64,000 bases of DNA from Owenia fusiformis (taxonomy: Eukaryota): assembly GCA_903813345.2 (NCBI GenBank), contig CAIIXF020000001.1, positions 25,358,001-25,422,000 on the forward strand, read 5' to 3'. The position numbers were made by a program, and so were the translations under genes. Below the pieces are notes generated by a model. That model was not told the DNA's origin. It saw only the letters and a program-made list of their open reading frames with translations, and searched no databases. This document shows positions 48,662 through 63,600 of the stretch, piece by piece. Within the stretch, counting starts at the first letter, position 1; every line of letters begins with the position of its first letter.

Positions 48662-51600
48662 TCAGAGTCGAATGTCAACGACAAAGTGGTTTGATAAGAT
48701 CAAAATCAAAGGTATTGAAATCAATACAAACCTACCGTCATATAGAAAGAAACACGTGTACTCCTAAACCAGTACATTTTTCAGATTTTAAAGCAAAATA
48801 TTTGTATTGTGTATTGTATTTTGTTTACCACCAATTAAGGTGAGCAATACCTTTCGGGTATATCCCGTATAGATACGGTCGTAGTTTACGTAATTAACAT
48901 AGGAAATAGACCCAGAAACCCCCCCCCCCCCTTGGAGGAGCCCGATGTTCTTCAATGTGCACTTATACATGGACATGCAAGTACACACCACACCATTTCA
49001 CGCAAACAAGCAAATTAAGTCTTGCCTGAATCCGGGACCTATTGTGTAAGAGGTACACGCGCTACCATTGAGCTATACGGGTGGACTTTAAAGCTCATTA
49101 CGTGCAACACCGAAGAACGGGATCACAAACCTGAGTTCAAAAATATAGCAGTGGGATTATCTTGTCTCAATATATCTGCAAAAGCATCTCGTGCAACATT
49201 GTATTCTGTTTCTGTACATCCTGTCTCGTCTGAGCCGTCTGTACAATCTTCAACATTATCACAACGCAGTCCCTCCATGCACGCCCCATTGGAACATTTG
49301 ATTTGCCCCGTACCACATTCTACAATATTTCATACTCTAATGTATTTAAAGATCTCGGTTATTTTTTTAACAAATACTTATTCCAGTTAAAATGCTTTAT
49401 CTTTATCTATATAACGACATTGTATTTGGATTTATCGTGATGTAAACAGATGGTACCTGTTATGCCACTACATGTGCTAGAACATTCTTGAGTGCTATAC
49501 GGATCTGCTGCACAATACACCCCACCACCAAGTGGAATTGGATTATCACAAGTTCTAAATCTGACTTGAACTCCATCTCCACATTGGACCGAGCAGTTTG
49601 ACCATTCTTGCCAGCCACTCCATCCACCATTAACTAATAAGAGAAATAAGTATATATATGTGTTAAAGCAAGAGAAGCAAAGTTATGGACATTGTGTTTC
49701 TAATTCCGTTGTGTAATGTTGTGCTTTTCGCCAACCTATGCATGTCCGAAGAAAAACAGATTCAGCTGACATACCAAATGGACATTGATCCTCGTTGCAA
49801 GTTGTTATATCATACTTTTCCCCGGGACAATCTTCACCACCATTTGCAGGAGCTGGGGAGTCACAATCTCTAACTCTGTACTGCTTTCCCCCGCCACACT
49901 GCCGGTTACACTCAGTCATAGATGACCACGCGCCCCATTTACCATTCACTACAAAGATAGATCGTTTTCTTTGAACTATATAGGATAATTTTGGATATTT
50001 TTGTACACTTGTGTTACAATAAAACCATTATCGAATCAATCAGATCTTACTGATTTACTGAAAAATGAACAAATCCATACTATCGCTCGTGGATGGCATA
50101 TATGCTCATAACTTTTGCTTGAATGTAAACAGACCACAACATCACAAATTCTCCATTTAGCAAACATCCACTTACCTACACCCACAGGATTACCAGAGGG
50201 TGCGTCCTCCCCATAAACTTTGATGTCAGAAAGAGTAATGGTTTCATTCACTACTAGGGTTACTTTCACAAACACATATCTTCCTTCAATTTTTGGTGAG
50301 CAAACAATGTCTATGCTGCTTGTAATTATCCCAGAATTTTCCCCACAAACGGTGTCGGCGAAGGTTGGTACAACAGTTTCCTCAATGTATATCTTAATAT
50401 CTACATCTGTTTCTGTAAAATAATTTACAATTTATTAAAGTTTTACTCGATTTAGATATATTTATGCTATCTTACCATATGGAGTCCACAATTTACGATG
50501 GTGAACCATCAACACTTCTAAAGGTTCATTTTATCATGGTTTATCATGTAAGTTTCCATATAGCTTTTGAAATCTCGCTAAATCTCGTTTTCGTGAGATT
50601 ACCTTCTTTTAAATGGCATATTTGAATTCACCGAAATGTTTTCTCCTATAATAGCTTTGATTTACAAAGTTATGTAATTTGAATAATTTTCTATGCCAAT
50701 TTAAAAAAGATGCAATGCTAAAATTCTTTAAAATCTTGAATTAATTGTACGTAAACCAACAACATGTACATAAACAGGGTCATCATGTGGTATATCATTC
50801 AAGTTTTATACAGATTCAACACACACTCTTTGATAAAAAAAATTAGAAATTAAGCCACTTTTCCAAGATTTTTGCATGTAAGTGAATGGAACTCTTGCCC
50901 TAGTTAAAAGCGGAATAAAAGATGGCAGCACTAGATTTCATTGCTTTTTCTGTTACTTAGAAACCATCCTATTGAATAAAAAAAATTTAGAAAATTTGGA
51001 GATATTGAAAATGAAGTAAAATTACGTTTCCATCAATAATATAAGTATTTTCTTCGCAGGTTTATTAAGTAAATAAAAATTCAAAGGTAAAGAGGCTTTA
51101 GCACGTAGTTCAATGGGGGAGCAAAGGTTGCCAAACTTATGGAGGGGAGTGTACAAGTCAAATTGCATTATCATAACGTCAAAATGTGAAGGTGTATTCA
51201 CATTTTACATAAAATTAATTATGATGTGTAACTTGGTTTAATGCAGATGATATTTAATGTATATATTATAGAACAAATTATCTATGTTAACCCCGATTTC
51301 CTCCCGGTTTATGTTAAGCCATCCCGAGTTTGTCAATATAATTTATTGCAAACCCCGATTTTCTCCTGATTTTTCTTCACCATCCCAGTTTTCCCCCTCG
51401 GGAGTGTCTTAAAAGTTCTCGTTTGCTCAATTAAGTTTTTTACTGAATGTAACTATTCCAATTTAATATATTTCCCTATGATAGAACTATGCGACACATT
51501 GTTACAATAAATATAACCTATTTCAACTGAATATACATGATATACCTTTATATATGGAAATTACGTCGAGAAATAATGAAAATTATTCATGTACATCGTT

Positions 51601-54600
51601 ATTAAAAGGCATGGTGCATATACAACACCGTATCTCATATGCTCGCCATAGTCATGCACTATACCTGGGGGAGGTGAACTGATTTCAACGTGGTCTACAA
51701 TAATCACTCCATCCAGATCAATCATAACCCACGTGTCATTGGAATATGTCAATGTAAATGTTGTTGAGTTATCTCCATCTACAAGATTAGATGGAGGATC
51801 ACCATCTCCTCCGGGGTTACTACTTGTTGCTGTTGATCCATCAGCTCTGTTCACTCCTGTATTTGAACAAGTTATTGCATTGGTTATAAAATATTTATTA
51901 CACAGTTATGTTTGCAGCTCATATTATTGTGTAAAGTTTGAAATTGCAAGTTCGACAAATCCACATAACAGTAATGAAAGTTTTTACATTATAAATAATA
52001 TTTCAAATAAATGGAAAGATTAAATGAAAATTGGCGAATTGGTAAGTTTTGTAATATATAGAGGTTCATACTTGTATCACATTGTGTCCCTGTGTAACCA
52101 CTTTCACAACTGCACGTATATCCATCACCAGTGTTAGAGCAGGTCCCATGTACACAGTTAGCAGACACTGAACATTCATCAACATCTGAATTCATCAAAG
52201 TTTAATGTGTAGTTTCATCAATCAAGTATAAAACAGAGCGAGCACAACAGTACCTTAGATGTCATATTTATCATTTAAGACTTTTGCAATATGGATAGAT
52301 GTTGGTTGAGCATGATGGGATTTGTTTCCATATAACCGTTTATTTGTAGGTTTTATGACTTACCTTCTGATGGAGTTGGCTCTTCACCATATACAGATAC
52401 TTGTGACAGTGTAATGGATTCGTTCACAAAGAGGATTACTTTTATAAACACATATCTGCCTTCAACGGGGGCATCACATTCTATGTCTTTACTCGTGTCG
52501 AGTGTCCCACTGAACTCGGCACAAAGTGTCTCTTCATATGTGGGAGTGTCAGAATTTTCGATATAAATTTCAACGTCAATGTCTGTCCCTATAAACCATG
52601 AGAATAATAAAATCAATACTACATCCGATTCCCGACTATTTAGTTGATAACATTGTATAATATACGTACTAAACATTAAAGTTCTGAGGTAACATGAGAG
52701 GTTATATGTTTTATATATTTACAAAGCAGGTTGTATATTTTACGTGTTTGCCCGCTCGCTCTGGGACCCATGACAAACAATAATATCCGTCATGTCCCCA
52801 CTCCGAAAATAACAAACAGTTTTAACATTTTCAAAAAACAATGGCATAACGATCAATGGAAAATGAAGATCTGGAATACAGCGCACTTTCACTTATGAAG
52901 GAAACATGCTATGAGAAGTTGTGATTGTGATTTGTGGACATAAAATCAAGATATTATTGTTTATTCACATATAGCTAGGTAAGGTGTGTCAGCTTCCAGT
53001 CAATCCAAACATGCTATTTCAAATAACTATATGCTATTAAATAACCTACAATTCACCCATTCTACATTCCATTGAAACTAATAAAACCAAGAAGCTGATA
53101 AGCTCATATCTGAGTAAAATTCTATAAAAAGTATCATAGGGAATAACAAGCTACGACTGCTACGTGCGTATGTAGGTCAAATGTTAAATGTTATGATTAC
53201 TATGGTGAGAATCCATGATATCTACTGACACAAACAGAAGTGACTCCTGCAAAAAGTTTACTTGAAAATATATTCTTTTTGGTCATTTCATATATTTTTA
53301 GTGATATTATGTAACATATTTTGCAATGTGTGACAAGAATTTAAACCCAAGACTCAGTGGACTGTGGAATGACCATTTCTTTCAGGCGTTATTTCCTAAA
53401 ATTAACACTCGATGCCGGTGCATCTCATACAATTTTTGGAAAGCAACACCTTCAAGGAATGGTCGTTGCACATTGCACTGAGTTAAGGGCTTAAATCCTT
53501 AAATATATTTGTCATAATTAATCTATAGAAAGCTTTTCTCTTATTCGAACTAAACTGTGGAATACCTGGGGGAGGTGAACAGATCTCAACGTGATTCACA
53601 GCAATCTCTTCACCCAAATCAATCATAACCCACGTGTCATTGGAATATGTCAATGTAAATGTTGTTGAGTTATCTCCATCTACAAGATTAGATGGAGGAT
53701 CACCATCTCCTTCGGGGTTACTACTTGTTGCAGTGGATCCATCAGCTCTGTTTACATCTAGATGAATTACAAATAGATTTATAGAATCATTTTCTCGCAA
53801 TATGCTGTGACACTTTAAGGTTAAACATCATTATCTGAATGCATGATGCCAATTAACCATAATGTCTGCAGGAGGGGAGGGGTCGATCCGATCTGATCCG
53901 ATTCGATTCTATCCCATCCGATCCTCTCCTCTCGATTTTTTGAAGAGTACTTTTTGCAAAATTTCTTTGCGTCTTTTTTATTTTTTGCTTGAGCCATAGA
54001 TATAAGACACCTTTTAGCAAAAAACCAAGGTGATTGGGGGTAGAGGGGCAAAGACAAAAACAAGCTGAACTTGAAATTGCTGACCATTCAATTCACGCTA
54101 CATTGATTTAAATGGGATTTCTCGATACCTGCTATCTTTGAAAGTGTATAACTTTAGTTCTAGAAAGGCTTTATGCTTTTAGTTTTATTTGAAAGATAAT
54201 GGATTCTTTTTAAAGCACCCAATCATTTCTTGGCACCAAAAAAATTATTATGAACGAAAATTAAATTGACAATTTATCACAAAATGTCAACCCCCTAGGC
54301 CAGGTGGACCTCGATTTCGAATAAGGTTTACAGCAATGCCAATTACATTGAAATCAGACAAGTAATAAAAATCGCAGAGTGGATGGATGTTCAAATGCCC
54401 CCACCCCCTATCGATCGCGTCTTAGGGTTAATAAAAATCGTATAATATTGTTACCTGTATCACATTTTGACCCTGTATAACCATTGTCACAAGTGCACGT
54501 ATATCCATCATCAGTGTTAGAGCAGGTCCCATGTACACAGTTGGCAGACACTGTACATTCATCCATATCTTCAACTGTATAATTGAAAAATTACAAACTT

Positions 54601-57600
54601 ATAAAACAATGATAAAAATACAATTCGATTCCAGAAAAAACAGTCCGAGAGATAACAGTCCTTGTTATGAAGCAAACTATTAACATGGTTGTGACTTCCT
54701 CTTACCGTCATCACAATTACTTCCAGAATATCCACTGTCGCCACAATCACACGAGAATCCCCCACCAGTGTTAGTACAAGTACCATGTACACAATTAGCT
54801 GATACCATGCATTCGTCGATATCTGTGGAAATGAATGGACATTCCAAGTATTATGAGTATTGATTGTTCAAATCTCATTAAAAGATTAATACTACGAGTA
54901 TATACAGAATTGGTGATGGGTTTAGAAAGGGGCGTTAGACATTATTTATTTATTTTTTATTTTTAGATCATTGCTTTTGGATATATAAGGTCTATTTTCT
55001 GTGCTGAGACAAGATTTTCAGATAAAACGTCACACTACTTGAAAACTAATTGAAAATCTATAATATTCTTACCTGTATCACATTGTGTCCCTGTATAACC
55101 ATTTTCACAAGTGCACGTATATCCACCATCAGTGTTAGAGCAGGTCCCATGAACACAGTTTGCAGACACTGTACATTCATCTACATCTCCAACTGTATAA
55201 TTGAAAATTATCCACTTGTAAAACAATGATAAAAATACCATTCAATTCCCAAAAAACAGTCCAAGAGATAACAGTCCTAGTTATGAAGCAAACTCTAAAC
55301 AGCGTTGATATAAAATATAGTTATATTTCTGTTTACAAGTAGTTTGTGACTTCTTCTTACCTTCATCACAATTACTTCCGGAATATCCGCTGTCGCCACA
55401 ATCACACGAGAATCCCCCGTCAGTGTTAGTACAAGTCCCATGTACACAATTAGCCGATACTGCACATTCGTCGATATCTGTAGAAAATATACAGCATGGA
55501 CATTTCAAACATTCTAAATATTGATTGCTTAAATCTCATAATAAAAGTGAAAAATTAAAGAGATAGACGTCCTTGGAGATACATACAAAGAGATTTTGAT
55601 CGGACTATTAGCAGAGACATAAACTAAAGATAAACCCATTTTATAATTTTGCAATTGATACATTGCTCATGAGCATAAAACAAGAACACAAAATGAACAA
55701 TACGAGGGGTGATCCAAAAGTCTTGGACGCCTCGCTCTAACTCTGCTATTTTCTAGTATAATTACATGAAACTTTCAGATAGTGAAGATCAACATCTTAA
55801 CAACGTTGTGTATAAGTTTCAACATAAAATAATATATTTTAGCTACTTTTCTAAATATTTTTTAATACCGGGTCCCTGCCACCCGGAACGGTATTTAAAT
55901 ATAGCAAATCACCCCACAACTGTTATAATATGGCAAATACTTTAGGTGCAGGTGCACAACTTAACACCAGTCATGATATTAGGGAATTTCCGATTTTCAG
56001 TCTGAGTGTCATCTACCATCATCATCTTCACATATTAAGACCTACTTTTCAACATATTTTCCACAAATTTGAACACATTTTTCATACCGCTTTACCCATG
56101 AATGGAAGACATTTATGAAAACGCCATTGCTAATGTGATACAAATCCTGCTGGAGTGCCACTCTAAACCTCATACAATGAGTAATAAAAAAATTTCTTTC
56201 AACCCTCCTTTTTTCTGGAGAAAAGGAAGAAAATCCCACGGAGCCATATCTAGACTGTATCGTGCATATGGTAGCTGCTCAAGGTCAATAATAGTGAAAA
56301 TATCTTGTAGTATTCTTTGTTCCACTTTGATTTCTTTCATGTTCTGCATTTCAGCAGCCATCCTGCAGCATAAATGATACCAGAATGAGGGTTGCTTGTC
56401 TGATGTCATTTTCTTAGAATTTGACATATACGGCCATTATCATATGTGAATTATAACTAGAACACAATTAATTGTTTGCCTTGTAACAAAGGAAATAAAC
56501 TTACATGGTTTAACATTCAAAATTCAAAGAAAAATAGTGGTCAAGACTTGCGAAACAAGTGAAATGGCGGTAACATTTAAGGTTGAAAGTTGCCATGTGC
56601 GAATACCGTTCCGGTTGGCAGGGTCCCTGTATTTAAAACTATCTAGAAAACTACATAAACTATATCATTTCTCCATGAAATTAATACACAAATAGTTAGG
56701 TTGTTGGTCTTTATTACTGGAAAGTTTAAAGTAATTTTATCAAAAACCAACAAAATTAGAGCAGGGCTTCCAAAACTTTTGGATCACACCTCGTACATTC
56801 CCACCTTTCCAAAAATCATGCCCATGAATCGAAATAAAAATATAAACACGGTTGATCTAAACATATCTTCATAATTATATTTCTGTCAAGTTCGTGTCTT
56901 CCTTCTACCTTCATCACAATTAGGTCCAGAATATCCACTGTCGCCACAATCACACGAGAATCCCCCATTAATGTTAGAACAAGTCCCATGTACACAATTA
57001 GCTGATACTGCACATTCGTTGATATCTGTAGAAAACAAACAGCATGAACATTTCAAAATCTTTTAATGTAGATTGCATAATTGCTATAAAAATAATTTGA
57101 TAGACAAACTGAGATGGTCTTGAGAAACCAAAAATAGATTTTTTAATATTGCTTAGTCTGCACAGCCACGAGCTAAGGTTGAATCCCCGGTAGCATTTGA
57201 CGATGGATACATTCCCAAATGGGCATAAGACAAGAACACAAAGTGAACGATATTTCCCACCTTTAAAAAATCATATTTTTCAGACGATATTGTACTCTTC
57301 GAATCGAAAATCAATTCATGCGATCTATTTTCTAAGTGCAAAGCTAATCTGAAAGTTGATCTTATATAATTCCAATATAATATATGATATAAAGAAGTTA
57401 TTCATCAGGAGGGATTTGATATGGGAAATATCACAAGGATGATATCAATATTTCCCGAGGGCACGCAGAGGGATATTCCCTATCATTCCGACAGGTGAAT
57501 AACGACCATGGTCAAGAGCAATATCTACCTTAAATCTTCTGTTGACTAGGAGCTCGAGAACATTTTGAATGAAATGAAAATATTTGGAAAATGAAAATTT

Positions 57601-60600
57601 TGGAAAGAATAAAAATTTTTGAATAACACCCGGGTTGATATCTATATTATCCCTCTAATCCCAATATCATCCCTATCCCAAATATGTGATTTATCACTTG
57701 CATTTATCACTCTATTATACACCTCGTTCAAGATCACTTATACACCAGATTTTACCAAGAAGATATACAAACATGATTTTTCCTTAAATATTTTTTATAA
57801 TAATAATTCTGTCAAGAGCATGTCGTCCTCTTACCTTCATCACAATTTGTTCCAGAATATCCGCTGTCGCCACAATCACACGAGAATCCCCCATCAGTGT
57901 TAGTACAAGTCCCATGTACACAATTAGCTGATACTGCACATTCGTCGATATCTGTAGAAAATAAACAATATAAACATTTAATAATTTCAAGCATTCTTAA
58001 TACAGATTGCATGATTGCAATAAAAATAATTTAATAGCCTGTACAATCATCGATATCTGTGGAAATATACAGCAAGACATTTGAAACATTTTGAACATTG
58101 ACTGCTTAAGTCTCATAAAATGAAGTTGGTCTGGATACACCCAAGAGATTTCCATTGGGCTATCATAGCAGATCCACAAGCTAAGGATAAATCCCCTGTA
58201 TCATTTTAAGACGAATACATTTCTGAGGAGCATACAACAATATATTCCAACCTTTTGAAAATCATGTCTAAATCTTCGTAGAATATAATAATTATATTTC
58301 TTCATAGAGACATGATTAAATTGGATCTTTTTTAGTATATTGGGACTAAATACAAACAATGCTATTCACAAGTATAATTGTCCGTAACTTAATTTTACAT
58401 TGTAAAAATATACATGACATGCTCAAGTGAACTGCAGTTTGACTTGTCTCAACTTAAGAATGTAATAATACAAGTCCAAGCTCATTTAAAATGATAACCA
58501 GTTCTCAACAATCGAACTAGAAATATGGTTGATTAGAATATATTCATAATTATAGTTTTGCAACGGGAGGGGGGGGGGGGGGAGGGGGCAACCTCAGAGA
58601 TGCCATGTCCTTATTATGTAAACCTATGAGATGACATACATTGCAGCCACATAATTTTCAAAATAATAGTATGTTCATCTATGGCTTGTTAGCCAATATC
58701 ATGGCTACTTATTTCACATTAGATAAAGAAAGGTGTACGGAATGTGCATACACTATTTAAATCATCATATCGACGTGTAGTATTTGGAAACTATTTTTTC
58801 AAATTATTTGAAAATTGAACAAAGATAGTAAACAAGACACGCATTTAATTCTGTTATTGCTAGCGTTTTCCCTTCTCTTCTTTTCCAAAGAGCACGTCGT
58901 CCTCTTACCTTCACCGCAATTACTTCCAGAATATCCACTGTCGCCACAATCACACGAGAATCCCCCGTCAGTGTTAGTACAAGTCCCATGTACACAATTA
59001 GCTGATACAGCACATTCGTCGATATCTTTAGAAAATAAACAATATGAACATTTCAAATATTCTTAATATAGATTGCATAATTGCAATAAAAAATAATCTA
59101 ATAGACAAGCGGAGATGGTCTTGAGAAACCAAACATAGGGCTTAGACAGCAAAGCCACAAGCTTGAACCCCCGGTATCATTTGACGATGGATACATTCGA
59201 TGGGCATAAAATAAGAACACAAAGTGAATGATATTCCCACCTTTTCCCACCATTTTAAGACAATACTGTACTCTTGAATCGAAAATCAATTCATGCAATC
59301 CATTTTCTAAGTGCAAAGCTAATCAGAAAGGATTGAAAAGGCATCATTAAAGTAGATCTTATATAATTCCAATAGTAAAGTAGCCCGGACAGAACTGTTC
59401 ACAGGGTCACTTTTTCTTTAATTACTTGTTTAATTTTCAGTATTATCAAATACTGAGTACATATTTGAAAACTAAAGTAAAATTCTGACATACAAAAAAT
59501 ATATTGAAATTGCTCTGACCATGGTATAAAATATAATACACGTTCAAGATCACTCATACACCAGATTTTAACGAAAATATAAACATGATTTTTCTATAAA
59601 TATTTTTTAATGATAATAATTCTGCCAAGAACATGTCGTCCTCTCACCTTCATCACAATGAGTTCCAGAATATCCGCTGTCGCCACAATCACACGAGAAT
59701 CCCCCAACAGTGTTAGTACAAGTCCCATGTACACAGTTAGCTGATACCGTACATTCGTCGATATCTGTTGAAATATACAGCATGAACATTTTAAACATTT
59801 TTCATATTGACTGCTAAGTCTCATAAAAATGAATAAATAGACAGCTGAAGATGGCCTAGATACACCCAAAGGAGATCTCCATTTGAGCTATTACAGCAGA
59901 GACACAAGCTAAGTATAAAGCCCCTGTATCATTTTTAGATGAATACATTTCTGAGGAGCATTATAGAATGTGGACAATATATTCCAACTTTTTAAAACAT
60001 CATGTCTAAATCTTCATAGAATATAATAATTATATTTCACCATAGAGACACGATTAAATTGGATCTGTTTTAGTTTGGGACTTAATACAAATGCTATTCA
60101 CAAGTATAATTGTCCGTAACTTAATTTTACCATGACAAAAAATACCATCGATGACATGCACGAGTGAACTGCAGTTTGACTTGTCTCAACTGAAGAATGT
60201 AAAAAATTCAAGTCCAAGCTAGGCTCATTTAAAATGAATACCAGTTCTCAAAGACGTGCTAACTATAAATATGGTTGATAAGAATATATGCATAGTTATA
60301 GTTTTGCAACGGGGGGGGGGGGCAACCTGAGATATGACATATCCTCATCATTTTAACCTGTACGAGATGACATACATATCTGAGTGGTCAAAAATCGACA
60401 AAAATGGCGGAATACGCCTATACCAAATAAAGCATCACATCAATGTTTAGTATTTGGAAACATTATCCAAACGTTTTAAAATTCGAACGAGGGTAGTAAG
60501 CGCAGCAAGAGACGCACATATGTGCTTAAATTCTAGGGCTTTCCCTCCTCTTCTTTTCCAAAGAGCATGTCGTCCTCTCACCTTCATCACAATTAGTTCC

Positions 60601-63600
60601 AGAATATCCGCTGTCGCCACAATCACACGAAAATCCCCCGTCAGTGTTAGTACAAGTCCCATGTACACAATTAACTGATACAACACATTCGTCTATATCT
60701 TTTAAAACATAAAAATACTATAAGTAATAACCGGCAAACTTTATTTATTTAATTGAATAATAGGTGGATGACTTGATATGCAAATATATATGTCAGATTT
60801 TTATTGACTAGGAGCACAACAATCAAACAGTCAGTCATTATTTTAATTTGGCAATGTCTGGAAATGGATGTATCTTATTCAATTCAAATAAATTTGGTTC
60901 TTCCTGCAAATTTTGGGATGAATTCCTTTTAATTCAGATTGATTTTTGGAAATGTTGAAAAATAGGTAACTGCTCATTCACTTGATTATGTATTGTACAC
61001 ACTGTATTATTATGTATATATTTTGCTGTCATGTTGAGTTAAACTTTCAAGCACTTGAACATTTTAGATTAATGATTTTAAATGTGGTCAATTATATACC
61101 TATGTAGGTGTCACGACCACGAATATGTAAAAATGTTTTTATGTTTTAATGAAATAAATAAAAATAAAAAATAGGTTTACTGCTCGCTTTTACAAATATG
61201 ATAAGTATAATCTAATAGCACAATGCAAACGCGTATAGTACTCTTACCTTGATCGCAATGGCTACCATCCCATCCTGCATCACATATGCAAGTATACCCT
61301 GCTTCACCGTTGTCATTTTCACACAACCCATTGTTGCAGTTTGTTTCAGCACACAAGTCAATATCTGAAAATATACGGGGTCAATACCATTTTTAAATAC
61401 TCGCAATATTTGTTTTATAACTTTTCTCTTTTGTATTGTTTGAGGTATAATTAGAATTGACAAATTAGAATAAATATCGCCTATATAAAAGAGCCTCGTT
61501 GAGGTGAATAATCTATTTTAAGCTTCACTTCTCACTCAAATAATGAAAATTTGCTATGGCGCAATATTTCCTCGATCAGCATATTTGGTAGTCACGTTGC
61601 GATGCACTTTTTTACCTGTGTCACAGTTGGGGCCAAACCAGCCAGCATTGCAGGTACATTTGTAATCACCAATTTCATTTGAGCATGTCCCATGATCTCC
61701 ACATGGTGTTCCCGCAGAGCATTCGTCAACATCTATAGAGAGACGAAAGTAAAACGTTAAGTCATAGTCCATTCTTACCTTGGAACCTTTCAAAAATGCA
61801 ATATTAGTTTAAGTGAACCACAAAAAGGGCACCATTTTAACCAATTACTGCCCACACAATACCGAAAACTTACCAAATTGCATCGAGATTGGAATTCAGG
61901 GTTTTTATATTATCGATACGGTGACCTGAATTCAACATTGTCTTTCGATTAAACCAATTATTGAAAATATTCTGTAAAAAAACTGTCATTGATTGACAAC
62001 AATTTTATGCAAAAACTGTTTAAACATTTTTTTATTGCTGTTTTTGTAAACATTTTTGTTTTTATTAGTGCAATTGTTTTTCGTTCCCTTCTACCAACAT
62101 TTCCATCACAAGTTTAAATAGTGCATACTAGCATGCACCTGTATAAAGCACAAGTAGTAGGAGATATCAGTGACATGACCCAAAAAGTGACGACCATATC
62201 ATTATCTTTCCAAGAAGTAAACATTTTATGACTCAATAGGGCTGTGGGTAAAGTAGAATTAAAGTAGAGTACCTTGATCACAGTTAGTCCCAGACCAGGT
62301 ACTTGGGCAATTGCAAGTGTATTGATTTACGCCGTCAATGCAGTCTCCAGTACCACAGGGGTTTGGGGCGCAATCATCTATGTCTGCAAAAATAATGAGC
62401 ATAGTCACATCATAATGGTGTTAAATAATTTCAATTGATCAAACTGAATGGTAGGCAGGGGAGGAATTAGACTCTTTTCCTTTTCACATTTGATTGAGAT
62501 CTGGAATAATTTCCTTCGTGTGCTCTTAGATGATTTCCTTTTCATGCTGTATTCTGTAACCATTTTGGTATTTTCCCGTTGGCACTTGCGCTTGCATAAA
62601 GTAGTTAAGTACTTGGGCTATGGCGTTAATGGTTGAGAAATAAGCGTCCGAACCAGCCATAGTTTTTGACCATAGTGATTTATTGTGTTTTATGCATTAT
62701 GGCGACGCCTTTTAGACTGGATGTTGACAATTTGAATTAAGTTTGGACTTCGAGACTGGATTTTGTCTATCCCACATCATTTGAGACTGAATGTTCTAGT
62801 ATCTTTTATGAGTACTTAAATAATATCTAGTAATATATGCAACTATTTTAGATGTTATGAGTATTGGCTACCTATTTTAATTTTTCCTTCAACATGTATT
62901 TTAATGACTTCAGTATGAGTGAAATGTTCTTTGGTGTTCTGGTCCTGGATTGGGGTTTTGGCTCTCGATTGAAGAGGGAAGGGGGTGTTAGAGATTATTT
63001 ACCTTCACGTTGGATCATGGTTTTGAAATATATAGGGTCTATTTTTGTATGACAGGTCTATACTTAGAGTTTGGTTTTCTTGCTAGGTTCCTTTACTGGT
63101 TTTGTTCCTCCCCTTTTGTACTTGTACTAAGACATTTATGAACTGCGAATGGAGTACGATTTTCTAGATTTCAGTGTGTGGTTTTAGTGAAGAGATTGTT
63201 GTATGTAATGTATAAACAAGACATGCGTTAAAAGATTTCAAAGAAATCAAAAGATTTCAAATGATCTCTATAATGGATTAACGTTGAAACAATTCTCTTA
63301 CTTATTTGACAATTGTCTCCGTTGAATCCTGTTGCACAAGTACACGTATACTCGTTAAGTCCATCGACGCAAGTTCCACCGTTAAGGCAAGGCTGAATCG
63401 CACAATCATTCAGATCTATAAGAAAATTGAATACATTTCTTTGGAAAAAGGAAACGGACGTTCTTATATGTTTATACTTATATTTCAACGTAGAGTATAC
63501 CTGATTAATCTTCTACAAGCAATATGCTGTACAATCTTGATTCATGACAGTAATGACAAATATGCACATAAGTAATGACATATAAGTAATGACAAGTATG

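Noticed and set aside
62450-63220. Copy-B-specific intronic insert, possibly a retroelement fragment
   Set aside because: No recognisable motif, termini or TSD to support a call
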